Shown here in pieces: positions 1 through 12,247 of a DNA stretch of 64,000 bases. Position numbers and translations under genes: made by a program. The DNA is taken from assembly GCA_049969295.1 (NCBI GenBank), contig JBMFPD010000001.1:332-64331 (forward strand), written 5' to 3'. Origin of the DNA: Anaerolineae bacterium (GTDB taxonomy: Bacteria > Chloroflexota > Anaerolineae > DTPP01). The notes below the pieces were generated by a model. That model saw nothing but the letters and a program-made list of their open reading frames with translations. It did no database searches and had not been told where the DNA came from. How positions within the stretch are numbered: position 1 is the stretch's first letter; each line of letters starts with the position of its first letter.

Positions 1-324
<324 letters not shown>

Positions 325-396
325 CCCTCCGGGGAATTTATGCTAAAGTATGTGTTCGTGGGTCGCTTTTGCCGGTCCTATACCTTTGGCTGTGCA

Positions 397-431
397 GAAG
401 GCCCTCGCTGTGGTGTGCAACGAGGGCCTTC
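397..431 (+). promoter_or_regulatory. Perfect 11-bp GC hairpin (GAAGGCCCTCG/CGAGGGCCTTC) in the rpoC-rpsL spacer; possible partial terminator or leader structure
   Basis: Inverted repeat read directly from the sequence. No clear U-tract follows it. Confidence 0.3.
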
Positions 432-481
432 TTGAGCCCAGCGGGAAGCCCTTGTCTTGTGAGGAAAGCGGGAGGTTCATC

Positions 482-913
482 TTGCCGACCATCAACCAAC
501 TGATTCGGAAAGGCCGGAAACCGGTCCAGAAGAAAGAAAAGGCGCCCGCTCTGCGGTTCACCTTCAACGCCCTCAAGAACCGCATGCGGAAGATGCCGCG
601 CGGCAACCCGCAGAAGCGGGGGGTCTGTACCCAGGTCAGGACGATGACCCCCAAGAAGCCGAACTCCGCCCTGCGGAAGATCGCCAGGGTCCGCCTGACC
701 AACGGCATTGAGGTCACCGCCTACATCCCGGGCGAGGGCCACTCCCTGCAGGAGCACTCGGTGGTCCTGGTCCGTGGAGGCCGCGTCAAGGACCTGCCGG
801 GCGTGCGCTACCACATTGTGCGCGGCGCGCTGGATGCCGGGGGCGTGGAAGGGCGCAAGCGGGGCCGGTCCAAGTACGGCACGCGCCGGCCGAAGCAGAA
901 GGCTGTCGCGTAG
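482..913 (+). CDS. rpsL: 30S ribosomal protein S12
   Basis: The motif [11 protein letters not shown]... begins at a TTG preceded by GGAGG. The track ORF 350..913 was trimmed at its 5' end. Confidence 0.9.
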   Translation: MPTINQLIRKGRKPVQKKEKAPALRFTFNALKNRMRKMPRGNPQKRGVCTQVRTMTPKKPNSALRKIARVRLTNGIEVTAYIPGEGHSLQEHSVVLVRGGRVKDLPGVRYHIVRGALDAGGVEGRKRGRSKYGTRRPKQKAVA

Positions 914-978
914 GCGGGGAGTTCTGCAGGGGCTGGGGCGCAGTGCCGCCCTTTCAAGCCGGGTTGGAGAAGGGAAGC

Positions 979-1449
979 ATGCCAAGACGGTACCGTCCAG
1001 AACGACGAGAGGTCCCACCAGATATCAAGTACCAGAGCGTGCTGGTGGCGAAGTTCATCAACCACCTGATGCGCAACGGCAAGAAGAGCCTCGCGGAGCG
1101 CATCATGTACGAAGCCATGGACATCATCCGCGAGCGGACCAAGCAGTCTCCGCTGGAGGTGTTTGAGCGGGCCGTGGCCAACGCCACGCCGGTCCTGGAA
1201 GTCAAGCCCCGCCGGGTGGGTGGGGCAACCTACCAGGTGCCGGTGGAGATCCGGCCCGAGCGCCGCACCAGCCTGGCCATGCGGTGGCTGGTCCAGTCGG
1301 CCCGCAGCCGGCACGGCAAGAGCATGGCCGAAAAACTGGCCGCCGAGTTGATGGATGCTGCCCAGGGCCAAGGGGCAACGATCAAGCGCAAAGAAGATAC
1401 CCACAAGATGGCGGAGGCGAACCGAGCATTTGCCCACTATCGCTGGTAG
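979..1449 (+). CDS. rpsG: 30S ribosomal protein S7
   Basis: N-terminus [15 protein letters not shown]...KY...; an internal ATG with an RBS is used as the start. Confidence 0.9.
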   Translation: MPRRYRPERREVPPDIKYQSVLVAKFINHLMRNGKKSLAERIMYEAMDIIRERTKQSPLEVFERAVANATPVLEVKPRRVGGATYQVPVEIRPERRTSLAMRWLVQSARSRHGKSMAEKLAAELMDAAQGQGATIKRKEDTHKMAEANRAFAHYRW

Positions 1450-1633
1450 TCCCCTGGAGCGCATCCCCCTGCCTGGCCAGCCTGCTGGCGGCGTGGGAGG
1501 CCTGTCCTTTCCGTTGTTGTTGCGCCACAAGGCAACAATCACAGGCCTCCGGTAATTGAATGAGAGCAGTCCCTCGCGGACTGGATGTGGACAACTGGAG
1601 AGCGGTACACGATCGGGACGGTGGAGGAGCCCG

Positions 1634-3712
1634 ATGGCCCGGCCCTGTCCTCTGGAACGGGTTCGCAACATCGGCATGATCGCCCACATTGATGCGGGCA
1701 AGACGACCACGACGGAGCGGGTCCTGTTCTATGCCGGGCGGACCCACCGCATGGGCAATGTGGACGAAGGCACCACCGTCACCGACTGGATGGAGCAAGA
1801 GCGGGAACGGGGCATCACCATCACCGCCGCCGCGGTGACCTGCTTCTGGCGCGACCATCAGATCAACATCATTGACACGCCCGGGCACATTGACTTCACG
1901 GCAGAGGTCCAGCGCAGCCTGCGGGTGCTGGACGGCGGGGTGGTCATCTTTGACGCCGTGGCCGGCGTGGAGCCCCAGTCGGAGACGGTCTGGCGGCAGG
2001 CCGACCGCTATGGCGTGCCCCGCATCTGCTTCATTAACAAAATGGATCGGTTGGGGGCCGACTTCTGGCGGGCGGTGGAGACGATCCGCGAGCGCCTGAA
2101 CGCCAACCCGGTGGCGGTACAGGTCCCCATCGGGGTGGAGGCCTCCTTCCAGGGCCTGGTGGACCTCATCACGGGCAAGGCCCTCCTCTACGCCGATGAC
2201 CTGGGCACAGTCATCCGCTCCACGGAGGTCCCAGAGGACCTGCAGGAGGAAGTGGCCCTGCGCCGCGCCCAGATGCTGGAGCAGATCGTGGAGACGGACG
2301 ACGCCCTTCTGGAGCGGTACCTGGAAGGGGAGGAGATCGCCCCCGAGGCGCTCCGGCGGGCCCTGCGGCGGGCCACCATCCAGGGCAAACTGGTCCCGGT
2401 CCTCTGCGGTGCGGCGTTGCGGAACAAGGGGGTGCAGCCCCTCCTGGATGCGGTGGTGGACTACCTGCCCTCGCCCCTGGACGTGCCCCCGATCCGCGGG
2501 ACACACCCGAAGACGGGCGAAGTGCTGGAGCGGCCGCCGGAGGAGAACGGCCCCTTGACTGCGCTGGCCTTCAAGGTGGTCTCCGACCCCTACGTGGGGC
2601 GTCTGGTCTACTTCCGGGTCTATTCCGGCAAGGTCCGTTCGGGGCAGGCGGTGCTGAACGCCACCCGGGACTGCAAGGAGCGGATGGGGCGCATCCTGCG
2701 GATGTACGCCAACCACCGCGAGGAGGTGGAGGAGGTCCACACAGGGGACATCGGCGCGGCCCTGGGCCTGAAGATGACCTTCACCGGGGAGACGCTGTGC
2801 GACCTTTCCCACCCCATCGTCCTGGAGCCCATCACCTTCCCGGAGCCGGTCATCTCCGTGGCCATTGAGCCCAGGACGCAGGCCGACCAGGACAGGCTGA
2901 CGGAAGCCCTGGAGCGGCTGGCGGAGGAGGACCCCACCTTCCGGGTCCGGGTGGACGAGAACACCGGCCAGACCATCATCTCTGGCATGGGCGAACTGCA
3001 CCTGGAGGTGCTCCTGGACCGGATGGTGCGGGAGTTCCATGTGGCGGCCCACGTGGGCAAGCCGCAGGTCGCCTACCGGGAGACCATCACCCAGAAGGTG
3101 GAGGCCACGGCGCGGTTCGTGCGGCCGGGGACGGTCAAGCCGCAGTTCGCCGAGGTGACGCTGGAGGTGGAGCCCCTGCCCAAGGGAGGGGGGCTGGTCT
3201 TTGAGAACCGTCTGCCGGAGAAGGTCTGGCCGCCTTCGGTCATCGCCGCGGTGGAGGCTGGCGTGCGGGAGGCCATGGAGAGCGGCATGCTGGCCGGCTA
3301 CCCAATGGTGGACGTCAAGGCGGTGCTGGTCCACGCGGCGAGCGACGAAGAAGGGGCCTCCGAGCAGGCCTTCAAGGTGGCTGGGTCCATGGCCTTCCGC
3401 GAAGCGGCGCGCAAGGCAGGGCCGGTCCTGCTGGAACCGATCATGAAAGTGGAGGTGGTGACGCCGGATGCCTTCACCGGCGACGTGTTGAGCGACCTGA
3501 ACGCCCGCCGCGCCCAGATTGAGCGGATGGAACTCCGCTCCGACGGGATGCAGGTGGTCCGGGCCCTGGTGCCGCTGGCACGCATGTTCGGCTATGCCAC
3601 CGACCTGCGCTCCGCCACCCAGGGACGGGGGACCTTCACCCTGGAGTTTGACCACTACGCCCCGGTCTCCCAGGAGGTGCTGGAGAAGATGCTGGGCGGC
3701 TGGGTGGCCTGA
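1634..3712 (+). CDS. fusA: Elongation factor G
   Basis: G-domain motifs [17 protein letters not shown] and NKMD are present. The start MARP... was trimmed and is preceded by the RBS GGAGGAG. Confidence 0.92.
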   Translation: MARPCPLERVRNIGMIAHIDAGKTTTTERVLFYAGRTHRMGNVDEGTTVTDWMEQERERGITITAAAVTCFWRDHQINIIDTPGHIDFTAEVQRSLRVLDGGVVIFDAVAGVEPQSETVWRQADRYGVPRICFINKMDRLGADFWRAVETIRERLNANPVAVQVPIGVEASFQGLVDLITGKALLYADDLGTVIRSTEVPEDLQEEVALRRAQMLEQIVETDDALLERYLEGEEIAPEALRRALRRATIQGKLVPVLCGAALRNKGVQPLLDAVVDYLPSPLDVPPIRGTHPKTGEVLERPPEENGPLTALAFKVVSDPYVGRLVYFRVYSGKVRSGQAVLNATRDCKERMGRILRMYANHREEVEEVHTGDIGAALGLKMTFTGETLCDLSHPIVLEPITFPEPVISVAIEPRTQADQDRLTEALERLAEEDPTFRVRVDENTGQTIISGMGELHLEVLLDRMVREFHVAAHVGKPQVAYRETITQKVEATARFVRPGTVKPQFAEVTLEVEPLPKGGGLVFENRLPEKVWPPSVIAAVEAGVREAMESGMLAGYPMVDVKAVLVHAASDEEGASEQAFKVAGSMAFREAARKAGPVLLEPIMKVEVVTPDAFTGDVLSDLNARRAQIERMELRSDGMQVVRALVPLARMFGYATDLRSATQGRGTFTLEFDHYAPVSQEVLEKMLGGWVA

Positions 3713-3715
3713 GCG

Positions 3716-3807
3716 CTCTTCCCGGCGCAGAGGGCACGCCAGGAGGCGTGCCCTACGGTCTGTCGTGCCAGAAGGCCGTCAGAGTTCTATAAGCGGGTCA
3801 GCCCTGT
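3716..3807 (+). repeat. Conserved intergenic element, copy 1 (core CTCTTCCCGGCGCAGAGGGCACGCC-AGGA-GGCGTGCCCTACGGTCTG); ~95% identical to copy 2 across the full extent
   Basis: Begins 3 nt after the fusA stop. Contains the perfect 9-bp inverted repeat GGGCACGCC/GGCGTGCCC. Copies recur at 29205, 34153 and 60210 (the last in reverse orientation). Confidence 0.7.
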
Positions 3808-3826
3808 CCCAAAGAGGGGGTGGGAT

Positions 3827-3854
3827 TTGCCAAAGGGACCCCTCTGCGTATAAT
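3827..3854 (+). promoter_or_regulatory. Sigma-70-like promoter for tuf (-35 TTGCCA, 16-nt spacer, -10 TATAAT)
   Basis: Hexamers read directly from the sequence, downstream of a CCCCTCT hairpin. Confidence 0.5.
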
Positions 3855-3945
3855 ATGGGAGTTTGCGTGCCCCAGATAGGGGCCTTGCGATGTTTTCCGG
3901 CGGCTCCTGGGAGCCGCGCTGAGTACCAGGGAAAGGAGAGGAACC

Positions 3946-5145
<1,200 letters not shown>

Positions 5146-5236
5146 CCAAACGTGTTCTGGGGGGCGCACCGGCCCACGGTGCGCCCCCACCACGGAATCG
5201 GACCGACAAGACCGCAGACCGGGCTTTGGGGGAACC

Positions 5237-5545
5237 ATGGCGAAGCAGAGAATTCGGATTCGGCTGAAGGCATACGATCATCGGGTCCTGGACCAGTCGG
5301 TGCAGCAGATCGTGGAGACGGCAGAGCGGACCGGCGCGCTGGTGGTCGGGCCTGTGCCCCTGCCCACGCGCATTGAGCGGTTCACCGTGATGCGGTCTCC
5401 CTTCATTGACAAGGACTCGCGGGAGCAGTTTGAGATCCGCACCCACAAGCGCCTGATTGACGTGGTGGATCCTGGCTCCAAGACCATTGACCAGTTGATG
5501 CGGCTGCAGTTGCCGGCTGGCGTGGACATTGAGATCAAGCTCTAG
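5237..5545 (+). CDS. rpsJ: 30S ribosomal protein S10
   Basis: [15 protein letters not shown]... starts at an internal ATG. The 5' extension in the track ORF is spurious. Confidence 0.9.
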   Translation: MAKQRIRIRLKAYDHRVLDQSVQQIVETAERTGALVVGPVPLPTRIERFTVMRSPFIDKDSREQFEIRTHKRLIDVVDPGSKTIDQLMRLQLPAGVDIEIKL

Positions 5546-5697
5546 GCGTGGGTGCCTCCGGCCCCGAACGCTCTGGGCTTCGCGGCCCGTGTATGGGGTC
5601 CCCTCCGAAGGCCCGGAACACTTTTGGAGAAGGGAGGAGGGAGCCCAGGGATGATGCGGCCGTTCGGCCGGCAGTCCCTGCTCCCAGGAGACAGGCT

Positions 5698-6330
5698 ATG
5701 AAGGGAATCATCGGCAGGAAGATAGGGATGACCCAGATCTTTGACGAGAAGGGTGAGGTCATCCCGGTCACGGTCATCCAGGCGGGCCCCTGCTATGTGA
5801 CGCAGGTCAAGACAGAAGCGACCGATGGCTACAACGCGGTGCAGTTGGGGTTTGAGGAAGTGCCACCCCGCAAACTGAACCTGCCGCTGTTGGGCCATCT
5901 GAAGAGGGCTGGTGTGCCGGCCTTGCGCCACCTGCGGGAGTTCCGGGCCAAGGACGCGGCCAACTACCGCCCGGGCCAGAAGATCACCGTGGAGGTCTTC
6001 TCGCCTGGCGACCATGTGGACGTGGTGGGCACGTCCAAAGGGCGGGGCTTTGCCGGCGGGGTGAAGCGCTACGGTTTCGGGGGTGGGCCCAAGACCCACG
6101 GCCAGTCCGACCGCCACCGGGCACCGGGTTCGGTGAGTTCGGGGACCACCCCGGGCCGGGTCTGGAAGGGGAAGCGCATGGCTGGCCACATGGGCAACCG
6201 CCGGGTCACCGCGCAGAACCTGACCGTCGTCCGCGTGGACGCGGAGCGCAACTTGCTGGTGGTGAAGGGGCCGGTGCCCGGACCCCGCAATGGCCTCGTG
6301 GTTGTCAAAGAAGCCAGAAAGCAGGGGTAG
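5698..6330 (+). CDS. rplC: 50S ribosomal protein L3
   Basis: [15 protein letters not shown]... starts at an internal ATG. Confidence 0.9.
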   Translation: MKGIIGRKIGMTQIFDEKGEVIPVTVIQAGPCYVTQVKTEATDGYNAVQLGFEEVPPRKLNLPLLGHLKRAGVPALRHLREFRAKDAANYRPGQKITVEVFSPGDHVDVVGTSKGRGFAGGVKRYGFGGGPKTHGQSDRHRAPGSVSSGTTPGRVWKGKRMAGHMGNRRVTAQNLTVVRVDAERNLLVVKGPVPGPRNGLVVVKEARKQG

Positions 6331-6342
6331 AGGAGACGGGCG

Positions 6343-6969
6343 ATGCGACTTCCTGTGCACGATATGACGGGGCAAAAGGTGGGCGAGGTGGACTTGCCGG
6401 AGGAGATCTTCGGCATTGAGCCGAACGTGCCGGTCATGCACCAGGCCCTGGTGCGCCAACTGGCCAACGCCCGCCTGGGGACCCACGATACCAAGACCCG
6501 CGGTGAGGTGAGCGGTGGGGGCCGCAAGCCCTGGCGCCAGAAGGGGACCGGCCGGGCCCGCCAGGGGAGCACCCGGGCCCCGCACTGGCGCAAAGGGGGC
6601 ACCGTCTTCGGGCCGACCCCGCGCTCCTACGAGCAGCGGATGCCGAGGAAGATGCGTCGGCTGGCCCTCCGCTCCGCCCTCTCGGTGAAGGCGGCGGAGG
6701 CTGGGATCGTCCTCGTGGACCGGCTGGAGATGGAGGCCCCGCGCACCAAGGACATGGAGGAGGTGCTGGCCAACCTCTCCCTGGACGACAGCGTGCTGGT
6801 CCTCCTGCCGGAGCGGAACTGGGCCGTGGAGCGGTCTGCGCGCAATCTGCCCCATGTCAAGACCCTGCGGGCCCATTACCTGAACGTGCGGGACCTCCTG
6901 GAGTACCGTTACGTCCTCATGCCGCTGGGGGCCTTGGACGTCATCCGCGGGTTCCTGGGCCAGGACTGA
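6343..6969 (+). CDS. rplD: 50S ribosomal protein L4
   Basis: MRLPVHDMTGQKVGEVDLPE... Confidence 0.9.
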   Translation: MRLPVHDMTGQKVGEVDLPEEIFGIEPNVPVMHQALVRQLANARLGTHDTKTRGEVSGGGRKPWRQKGTGRARQGSTRAPHWRKGGTVFGPTPRSYEQRMPRKMRRLALRSALSVKAAEAGIVLVDRLEMEAPRTKDMEEVLANLSLDDSVLVLLPERNWAVERSARNLPHVKTLRAHYLNVRDLLEYRYVLMPLGALDVIRGFLGQD

Positions 6970-7012
6970 GGCGCACGGGGCTAGCCACGGCAGAGGGAAG
7001 AGGGGGTTGACG

Positions 7013-7300
7013 ATGCACGTCTACGAAGTGCTCAAGCGTCCGGTGATGACGGAAAAGAGCATGTTGCTGGCCGACGGAGGCAAGTACGTCTTTGAGGTGG
7101 ATCGCCGGGCCAACAAGCACCAGATCAAGCAGGCCGTGGAGACCGCTTTCAACGTGCACGTGGTCTCGGTGAACATCATCAAGATGCCGCCGAAACGGGC
7201 CCGGTACGGACGGCGCGTGGTGGTGAAGGAGCCGATGTGGAAGAAGGCCATCGTGACCCTGGCTCCCGGGGAGAGGCTCCCGGTGTTTGAAGGCGTCTAG
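7013..7300 (+). CDS. rplW: 50S ribosomal protein L23
   Basis: The L23 family fits. The ATG at 7013 has an RBS; a TTG at 7007 is an alternative start. Confidence 0.85.
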   Translation: MHVYEVLKRPVMTEKSMLLADGGKYVFEVDRRANKHQIKQAVETAFNVHVVSVNIIKMPPKRARYGRRVVVKEPMWKKAIVTLAPGERLPVFEGV

Positions 7301-7371
7301 TCCCCCTGGGGCAGGAGGCTGCTGCTGACCTCAGGGTCGCCTGGGGGAACCGTGGAAGTGAGGTAGAGCGC

Positions 7372-8208
7372 ATGGGTATCAAGGTCTACAAACCGACTTC
7401 GCCGGGGCGGCGAGGGATGACCGTCTCCACCTTTGAGGAGATCACCCGCACCGAACCGGAAAAGTCCCTGGTGGTGCCGCTGAAGAAGCACGCCGGGCGC
7501 AACGTCCAGGGGCGCATTACCGTGCGACATCGGGGTGGTGGGCACAAGCGCCGCTACCGGATCATTGACTTCAAGCGGGACAAGTTCGGCATCCCAGGGC
7601 GGGTGGATTCCATAGAGTACGACCCGAACCGGTCGGCCCGCATCGCGCTGATCGTCTACCCGGATGGTGAGAAACGGTACATCCTGGCCCCTCTGGGGCT
7701 CAAAGTGGGGGACACGGTGGTCTCCGGCCCGGAGGCGGATATCCGGGTGGGCAACGCGCTCCCCATCCGGAACATCCCGGTGGGGACCATGATTCACAAC
7801 ATAGAACTGCACAAGGGCCGTGGTGGGCAGTTGGTGCGTTCGGCGGGCACGTCGGCCCAGTTGCTGGCCAAGGAGGGGAACTACGCCCACGTGCGCCTGC
7901 CGAGCGGTGAGGTGCGGCTGGTCCACGTGGATTGCATGGCCACCATCGGCCAGGTGGGGAACGTGGACCATCAGAACATCAGCCTGGGCAAGGCAGGGCG
8001 CAGCCGCTGGCTGGGCCGTCGCCCGGCGGTGCGCGGGTCGGCGATGACCCCCAGGGACCACCCCCACGGGGGTGGCGAGGGACGTTCGCCCATTGGCATG
8101 CCTTCGCCCAAGACCCCCTGGGGCAAGCCCACGCTGGGCTACAAGACGCGGCGCAACAAAGCCACGGATAAGTACATCGTGCGGCGTCGTGGGAAGCGCC
8201 GCGGGTAA
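7372..8208 (+). CDS. rplB: 50S ribosomal protein L2
   Basis: [15 protein letters not shown]... Confidence 0.92.
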   Translation: MGIKVYKPTSPGRRGMTVSTFEEITRTEPEKSLVVPLKKHAGRNVQGRITVRHRGGGHKRRYRIIDFKRDKFGIPGRVDSIEYDPNRSARIALIVYPDGEKRYILAPLGLKVGDTVVSGPEADIRVGNALPIRNIPVGTMIHNIELHKGRGGQLVRSAGTSAQLLAKEGNYAHVRLPSGEVRLVHVDCMATIGQVGNVDHQNISLGKAGRSRWLGRRPAVRGSAMTPRDHPHGGGEGRSPIGMPSPKTPWGKPTLGYKTRRNKATDKYIVRRRGKRRG

Positions 8209-8222
8209 GGAGAGGTTGAGCG

Positions 8223-8510
8223 ATGTCCAGGTCTCTGAAGAAAGGGCCGTACGTCGATCCCAAACTGCTGCGGCGCATTGAAGAGATGAACCGACGGGGC
8301 GAGAAGCGGGTCATCCGCACCTGGTCGCGGGATTCCACCATCTTCCCGCAGATGGTGGGCCACACCATTGCCGTGCACGATGGCCGGCGGCACGTGCCCA
8401 TCTACATCACCGAGAACATGGTGGGGCACAAGTTGGGCGAGTTCGCGCCCACCCGCTTCTTCCGTGGCCACATCGTCAAGGAAAAAGGGACCCGTCGGGG
8501 GCGAGGGTGA
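8223..8510 (+). CDS. rpsS: 30S ribosomal protein S19
   Basis: [12 protein letters not shown]... Confidence 0.92.
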   Translation: MSRSLKKGPYVDPKLLRRIEEMNRRGEKRVIRTWSRDSTIFPQMVGHTIAVHDGRRHVPIYITENMVGHKLGEFAPTRFFRGHIVKEKGTRRGRG

Positions 8511-8516
8511 GAGCCG

Positions 8517-8855
8517 ATGGAAGTGCGAGCCGTGACCAAGTACGTGGGCATTTCGCCCCAGAAGGTGCGCCGGGTCATTGACCAGGTGCGAGGGAAACCG
8601 GCCGAGGAGGCCCTGGCTCTGCTGCAGTTCATGCCTCAGGCCGCTGCCCGGCCGGTGGCCAAGACCATCCGGTCCGCTCTGGCCAACGCCGAGGAGAACT
8701 TCGGCCTGGCCCGGCAGGACCTCTACATCGCCAAGATCGTGGCCGACCAGGCTCCCACGCGGCGGTGGCGGCGCTTCGGCCCCCGCGGGCGGTTCAAGCC
8801 GATCCTGCGGCGGGCGTCGCACATCACCGTGGTCCTGGCCGAGCGGGAAGGATAA
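8517..8855 (+). CDS. rplV: 50S ribosomal protein L22
   Basis: L22 family; operon order matches. Confidence 0.9.
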   Translation: MEVRAVTKYVGISPQKVRRVIDQVRGKPAEEALALLQFMPQAAARPVAKTIRSALANAEENFGLARQDLYIAKIVADQAPTRRWRRFGPRGRFKPILRRASHITVVLAEREG

Positions 8856-8895
8856 CACAAGGACCTGGGCAGGAGTCTCGTAGAGGAGGGATTCG

Positions 8896-9570
8896 TTGGG
8901 GCGCAAAGTACATCCGATCGGCTTCCGGCTGGGCCTCATCAAGGATTGGCGGACCCGCTGGTATGCGGAGGGGAGCCAGTACACCAAGTTGCTGGAAGAA
9001 GACCGCCGCATCCGCCGCCGGATCCTGGAACTGAATCCGAACGCGGCCATCTCGTTCATTGAGATTGAACGGTATCCGAACGAGGTCACGGTGACCATCC
9101 ACTCGGCCCGGCCCGGCATCCTCATCGGGAGGCGCGGGCAGAACGTGAACGTGCTGCGGAACGAACTGCAGCAGTTGACGGACAAGCGGGTCAAGGTGGA
9201 TGTGAAAGAGGTGGAGAACCCGGACCTGGATGCCCGGCTGGTGGCCCAGAGCCTGGCGGAGCAGCTGGAGCGGCGTGTGGCCTACAAGCGGGCCATGAAG
9301 CGGGCCGTGGAGCGGGCCATCCAGGCTGGAGCGAAGGGGGCCATGGTCACCTGTGGCGGACGGCTGGCCGGCGCGGAGATGGCCCGGCGGGAGACGGTCC
9401 GGGAAGGCCGCGTGCCCCGGCACACCCTGCGGGCCGACATTGACTACGGCCAGGCGGAAGCCCTCACCACTTTCGGCCGCATCGGCATCAAGGTCTGGAT
9501 CTATAAGGGCGATGTGCTCCCCGAGAAGGCGGCCGAGGCGGCCGAGGCTGTGGCGGCTGTAGAGGGCTAG
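8896..9570 (+). CDS. rpsC: 30S ribosomal protein S3
   Basis: [13 protein letters not shown]... starts at a TTG preceded by the RBS GAGGAGG. Confidence 0.9.
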   Translation: MGRKVHPIGFRLGLIKDWRTRWYAEGSQYTKLLEEDRRIRRRILELNPNAAISFIEIERYPNEVTVTIHSARPGILIGRRGQNVNVLRNELQQLTDKRVKVDVKEVENPDLDARLVAQSLAEQLERRVAYKRAMKRAVERAIQAGAKGAMVTCGGRLAGAEMARRETVREGRVPRHTLRADIDYGQAEALTTFGRIGIKVWIYKGDVLPEKAAEAAEAVAAVEG

Positions 9571-9626
9571 GCCGTAACGGGGGGCCTGGGCTCAGCGCGA
9601 ACTTGGGCAAAGGGAGTGGCATAACC

Positions 9627-10046
9627 ATGTTGATGCCGAAACGAGTCAAGTACCGCAAAGCGCAGCGAGGCCGCATGAAAGGACGGGCCCTCCGGGGCTC
9701 CGAGGTCGTCTTCGGGGAGTACGGCCTGCAGGCGCTGGAGCCTTGCTGGATGACCAGCCGGCAGATTGAAGCAGCGCGGCGCGCCATCGTGCGCTACGTG
9801 AAGCGCAGCGGCCGCCTCTGGATCCGCATCTTCCCCGACAAGCCAGTGACGGCCAAGCCGGCCGAGACCCGCATGGGCGGTGGCAAGGGGAACGTGGACC
9901 ACTGGGTGGCCGTGGTCAAGCCGGGCCGGATCCTCTTTGAACTGGCGGGTGTCCGGGAGGAAGTGGCACGGGAGGCCCTGCGGCTGGCGGCCCACAAACT
10001 CCCCATCCGCACCCAGTTCGTGAAGCGGACGGAGGAGACCCTATGA
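9627..10046 (+). CDS. rplP: 50S ribosomal protein L16
   Basis: [11 protein letters not shown]... starts at an internal ATG. Confidence 0.9.
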   Translation: MLMPKRVKYRKAQRGRMKGRALRGSEVVFGEYGLQALEPCWMTSRQIEAARRAIVRYVKRSGRLWIRIFPDKPVTAKPAETRMGGGKGNVDHWVAVVKPGRILFELAGVREEVAREALRLAAHKLPIRTQFVKRTEETL

Positions 10047-10255
10047 AGGCACGGGAACTCCGGGAACTGAGCAACGAAGAGCTCCGGCGGCGGCTGGACG
10101 ATGCCTACCAGGAGCTGTTCAACCTGCGCTTCCAGTGGGCTACGGGGCAACTGAAGAACCACGCCCGCATGACGCAGGTGAAGAGGGATATCGCCCGCCT
10201 GAAGACCGTCCTGCGCGAGCGGGAACTGCAGGCTGAGGTGGGCCAGGAGGCGTAG
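10043..10255 (+). CDS. rpmC: 50S ribosomal protein L29
   Basis: L29 family. The start overlaps the rplP stop in ATGA. Confidence 0.9.
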   Translation: MKARELRELSNEELRRRLDDAYQELFNLRFQWATGQLKNHARMTQVKRDIARLKTVLRERELQAEVGQEA

Positions 10256-10257
10256 CG

Positions 10258-10533
10258 ATGAGGGAACGGCGAAAGCGCCTGGTGGGCCGCGTGACCAGCG
10301 ACAAGATGGACAAGACGGTGGTCGTGCGCGTGGAGCGTCTGAAGCGCCACCCACTGTACGGCAAGGTGATCCGGGTCTTCAAGAAGTACAAGGCCCACGA
10401 CGAGGGGAACCAGTGCCGGGTGGGGGACCTGGTGCGCATTGTGGAGTCGCGCCCCCTCAGCAGGGAGAAGCGCTGGGTGGTGGAGACGATCCTGGAACGG
10501 GCCCAGGAAACCCCGGAGGTCCCCCAGGCCTGA
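10258..10533 (+). CDS. rpsQ: 30S ribosomal protein S17
   Basis: S17 family. Confidence 0.9.
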   Translation: MRERRKRLVGRVTSDKMDKTVVVRVERLKRHPLYGKVIRVFKKYKAHDEGNQCRVGDLVRIVESRPLSREKRWVVETILERAQETPEVPQA

Positions 10534-10597
10534 GAACCCGTGGGCCTCAAGCCCTGGACGGCAGGGGGCCAGGGCACGGGTGTGAGGGGGTGTCATC

Positions 10598-10966
10598 ATG
10601 ATCCAACAGGAAACCAGGTTGGTGGTGGCAGATAACACGGGAGCCAAAGAGATCCTGTGCATCCACATCATGGGCGGCTCCAAGCGGAAGTACGCCACCG
10701 TGGGCGACATCATCATCGCCAGCGTCAAGGAGGCCACCCCGACGGCGGCGGTCAAGAAGGGCGATGTGGTGCGGGCGGTGGTGGTCCGCACGGCCAAGGA
10801 GTACCGCCGGCCGGACGGCTCCTACATCAAGTTTGACGACAACGCGGCGGTCATCCTGGACGACAGGGGGAACCCCAAGGGGACGCGCGTCTTCGGCCCT
10901 GTGGCCCGCGAACTGCGGGAGAAGGGGTTCATGCGCATCGTCTCCCTGGCCCCAGAGGTCCTGTGA
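10598..10966 (+). CDS. rplN: 50S ribosomal protein L14
   Basis: [18 protein letters not shown]... Confidence 0.92.
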   Translation: MIQQETRLVVADNTGAKEILCIHIMGGSKRKYATVGDIIIASVKEATPTAAVKKGDVVRAVVVRTAKEYRRPDGSYIKFDDNAAVILDDRGNPKGTRVFGPVARELREKGFMRIVSLAPEVL

Positions 10967-11009
10967 GCGGGAGCCGCGCGGCGGAGAGGTTCCGCGAGGA
11001 AGGTGGGCG

Positions 11010-11363
11010 ATGAGGAAGATCAGGAAGGGCGATACGGTTGAGGTGATCAGCGGGGACGAGAAGGGCCGGCGGGGGACCGTGCGGGAGGTCCTGCCGGGCC
11101 GCTGGTCCGGGCGCCGTACGGGGCCCAACCCGAACCAGGACCGGGTGATCGTCTCCGGGGTCAACCTGGTGAAGAAGCACCAGCGGCGGACGGGAGACGT
11201 GCGGACCCAGTTCGGCATCATTGAGCGGGAGGCCCCTATCCACATCTCCAACGTGGCGCTGGTGTGCAAGCACTGCGACCGCCCGACGCGGGTGGGCTTC
11301 CGAGTCTTTGAGGATGGTTCCAAGGCGCGCTACTGCAAGCGCTGCGGGGAACTGATTGACTGA
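11010..11363 (+). CDS. rplX: 50S ribosomal protein L24 with a C-terminal CxxC...CxxC zinc-ribbon extension
   Basis: MRKIRKGDTVEVISG... from an internal ATG. The C-terminus reads CKHCDRPTRVGFRVFEDGSKARYCKRCG. Confidence 0.85.
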   Translation: MRKIRKGDTVEVISGDEKGRRGTVREVLPGRWSGRRTGPNPNQDRVIVSGVNLVKKHQRRTGDVRTQFGIIEREAPIHISNVALVCKHCDRPTRVGFRVFEDGSKARYCKRCGELID

Positions 11364-11429
11364 CAGGCGTGGAGAGCCAGAGGCTGGGGCTCGCCTTCTC
11401 CGGGTCCGCAGCCTTGAGGAGTTTGGGGA

Positions 11430-11972
11430 ATGTCCAGGTTGAAGGAACGGTACCGAAACGAAGTGGTCCCGCAGATGATCCGGGAGTTCGGGTATCGCAA
11501 CCCGATGGAAGTGCCGCGGGTGGTCAAGGTGGTGGTCAACATCGGCCTGGGCGAGGCGCTGGAGAACGTCAAGGCGCTGGATGCGGCCAGCCGGGACCTG
11601 GCCACCATCACCGGCCAGAAGCCCATCATCACCCGGGCCAAGAAGTCCATCGCCGGCTTCAAACTGCGGGCAGGGAACCCCATTGGGGCGAAGGTGACCC
11701 TCCGTGGGAAGCGGATGTACGACTTCCTGGACCGGCTGTTCAACGTGGCCCTGCCTCGCCAGCGGGACTTCCGCGGGGTCTCGCCCGACGCCTTTGACGG
11801 CCGGGGGAACTACACCCTGGGGCTGCGGGAACAGTTGGTCTGGCCGGAGATTGACTACGACTCCATTGACAAGGTGCGCGGCATGGAGATCACCATTGTC
11901 ACCACAGCGCGGACCGACGAAGAGGCCAGACACCTGCTGCGGCTGATGGGGATGCCGTTCCGGCGGCAGTGA
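11430..11972 (+). CDS. rplE: 50S ribosomal protein L5
   Basis: L5 family. Confidence 0.92.
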   Translation: MSRLKERYRNEVVPQMIREFGYRNPMEVPRVVKVVVNIGLGEALENVKALDAASRDLATITGQKPIITRAKKSIAGFKLRAGNPIGAKVTLRGKRMYDFLDRLFNVALPRQRDFRGVSPDAFDGRGNYTLGLREQLVWPEIDYDSIDKVRGMEITIVTTARTDEEARHLLRLMGMPFRRQ

Positions 11973-12003
11973 GGCAAGGGCCTGTACCACCAGGAGGGAT
12001 TCC

Positions 12004-12186
12004 GTGGCGAGAAAATGCATGTTCTACCGGGAGCAGCGTCGGAAGTACAAGGTGCGGGTGCGGAACCGGTGCAAGATCTGCGGGCGGCCCCGCGGCTACA
12101 TGCGGCGCTTCGGCCTGTGCCGCATCTGCTTCCGCCGGGAGGCCCTGGAGGGCCACATCCCTGGCGTGGTCAAGTCCAGCTGGTAG
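12004..12186 (+). CDS. rpsN: 30S ribosomal protein S14 type Z (zinc-binding, 60 aa)
   Basis: Carries CKICGR...CRIC; starts at a GTG. Confidence 0.88.
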   Translation: MARKCMFYREQRRKYKVRVRNRCKICGRPRGYMRRFGLCRICFRREALEGHIPGVVKSSW

Positions 12187-12247
12187 GACGGGCCGCGCCG
12201 GCCCGGGGAAGAGGCCGACGGGAACTCTGCGTGAGGAGAGTGGGGTG

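Noticed and set aside
350-913. N-terminal extensions of many track ORFs (rpsL, rpsG, fusA, rpsJ, rplC, rplP, rplX, rpsH, rplR, rpmD, rplO, adk, rpsK, rpsD, ilvD, fusA2, aroA, aroE, aroC, aroKB, aroQ, murA, M1 peptidase, GT-C, DUF2079, HEAT).
   Set aside because: The tool opens ORFs at the first ATG/GTG/TTG after a stop. True starts were chosen where a Shine-Dalgarno sequence and the conserved family N-terminus coincide. The extensions often translate intergenic repeats.
1382-3655. Very long antisense ORFs in the track (for example 1382..3655-, 3787..5238-, 14997..16283-, 24747..26297+, 27114..29201+, 32180..34069+, 34817..36304-, 47955..52829+ at 1624 aa, and 55561..56562+).
   Set aside because: Each lies opposite a gene with clear family identity. 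Their translations are Arg/Pro/Gly-rich low-complexity sequence with no motifs. This is the usual stop-codon scarcity of ~70% GC DNA.
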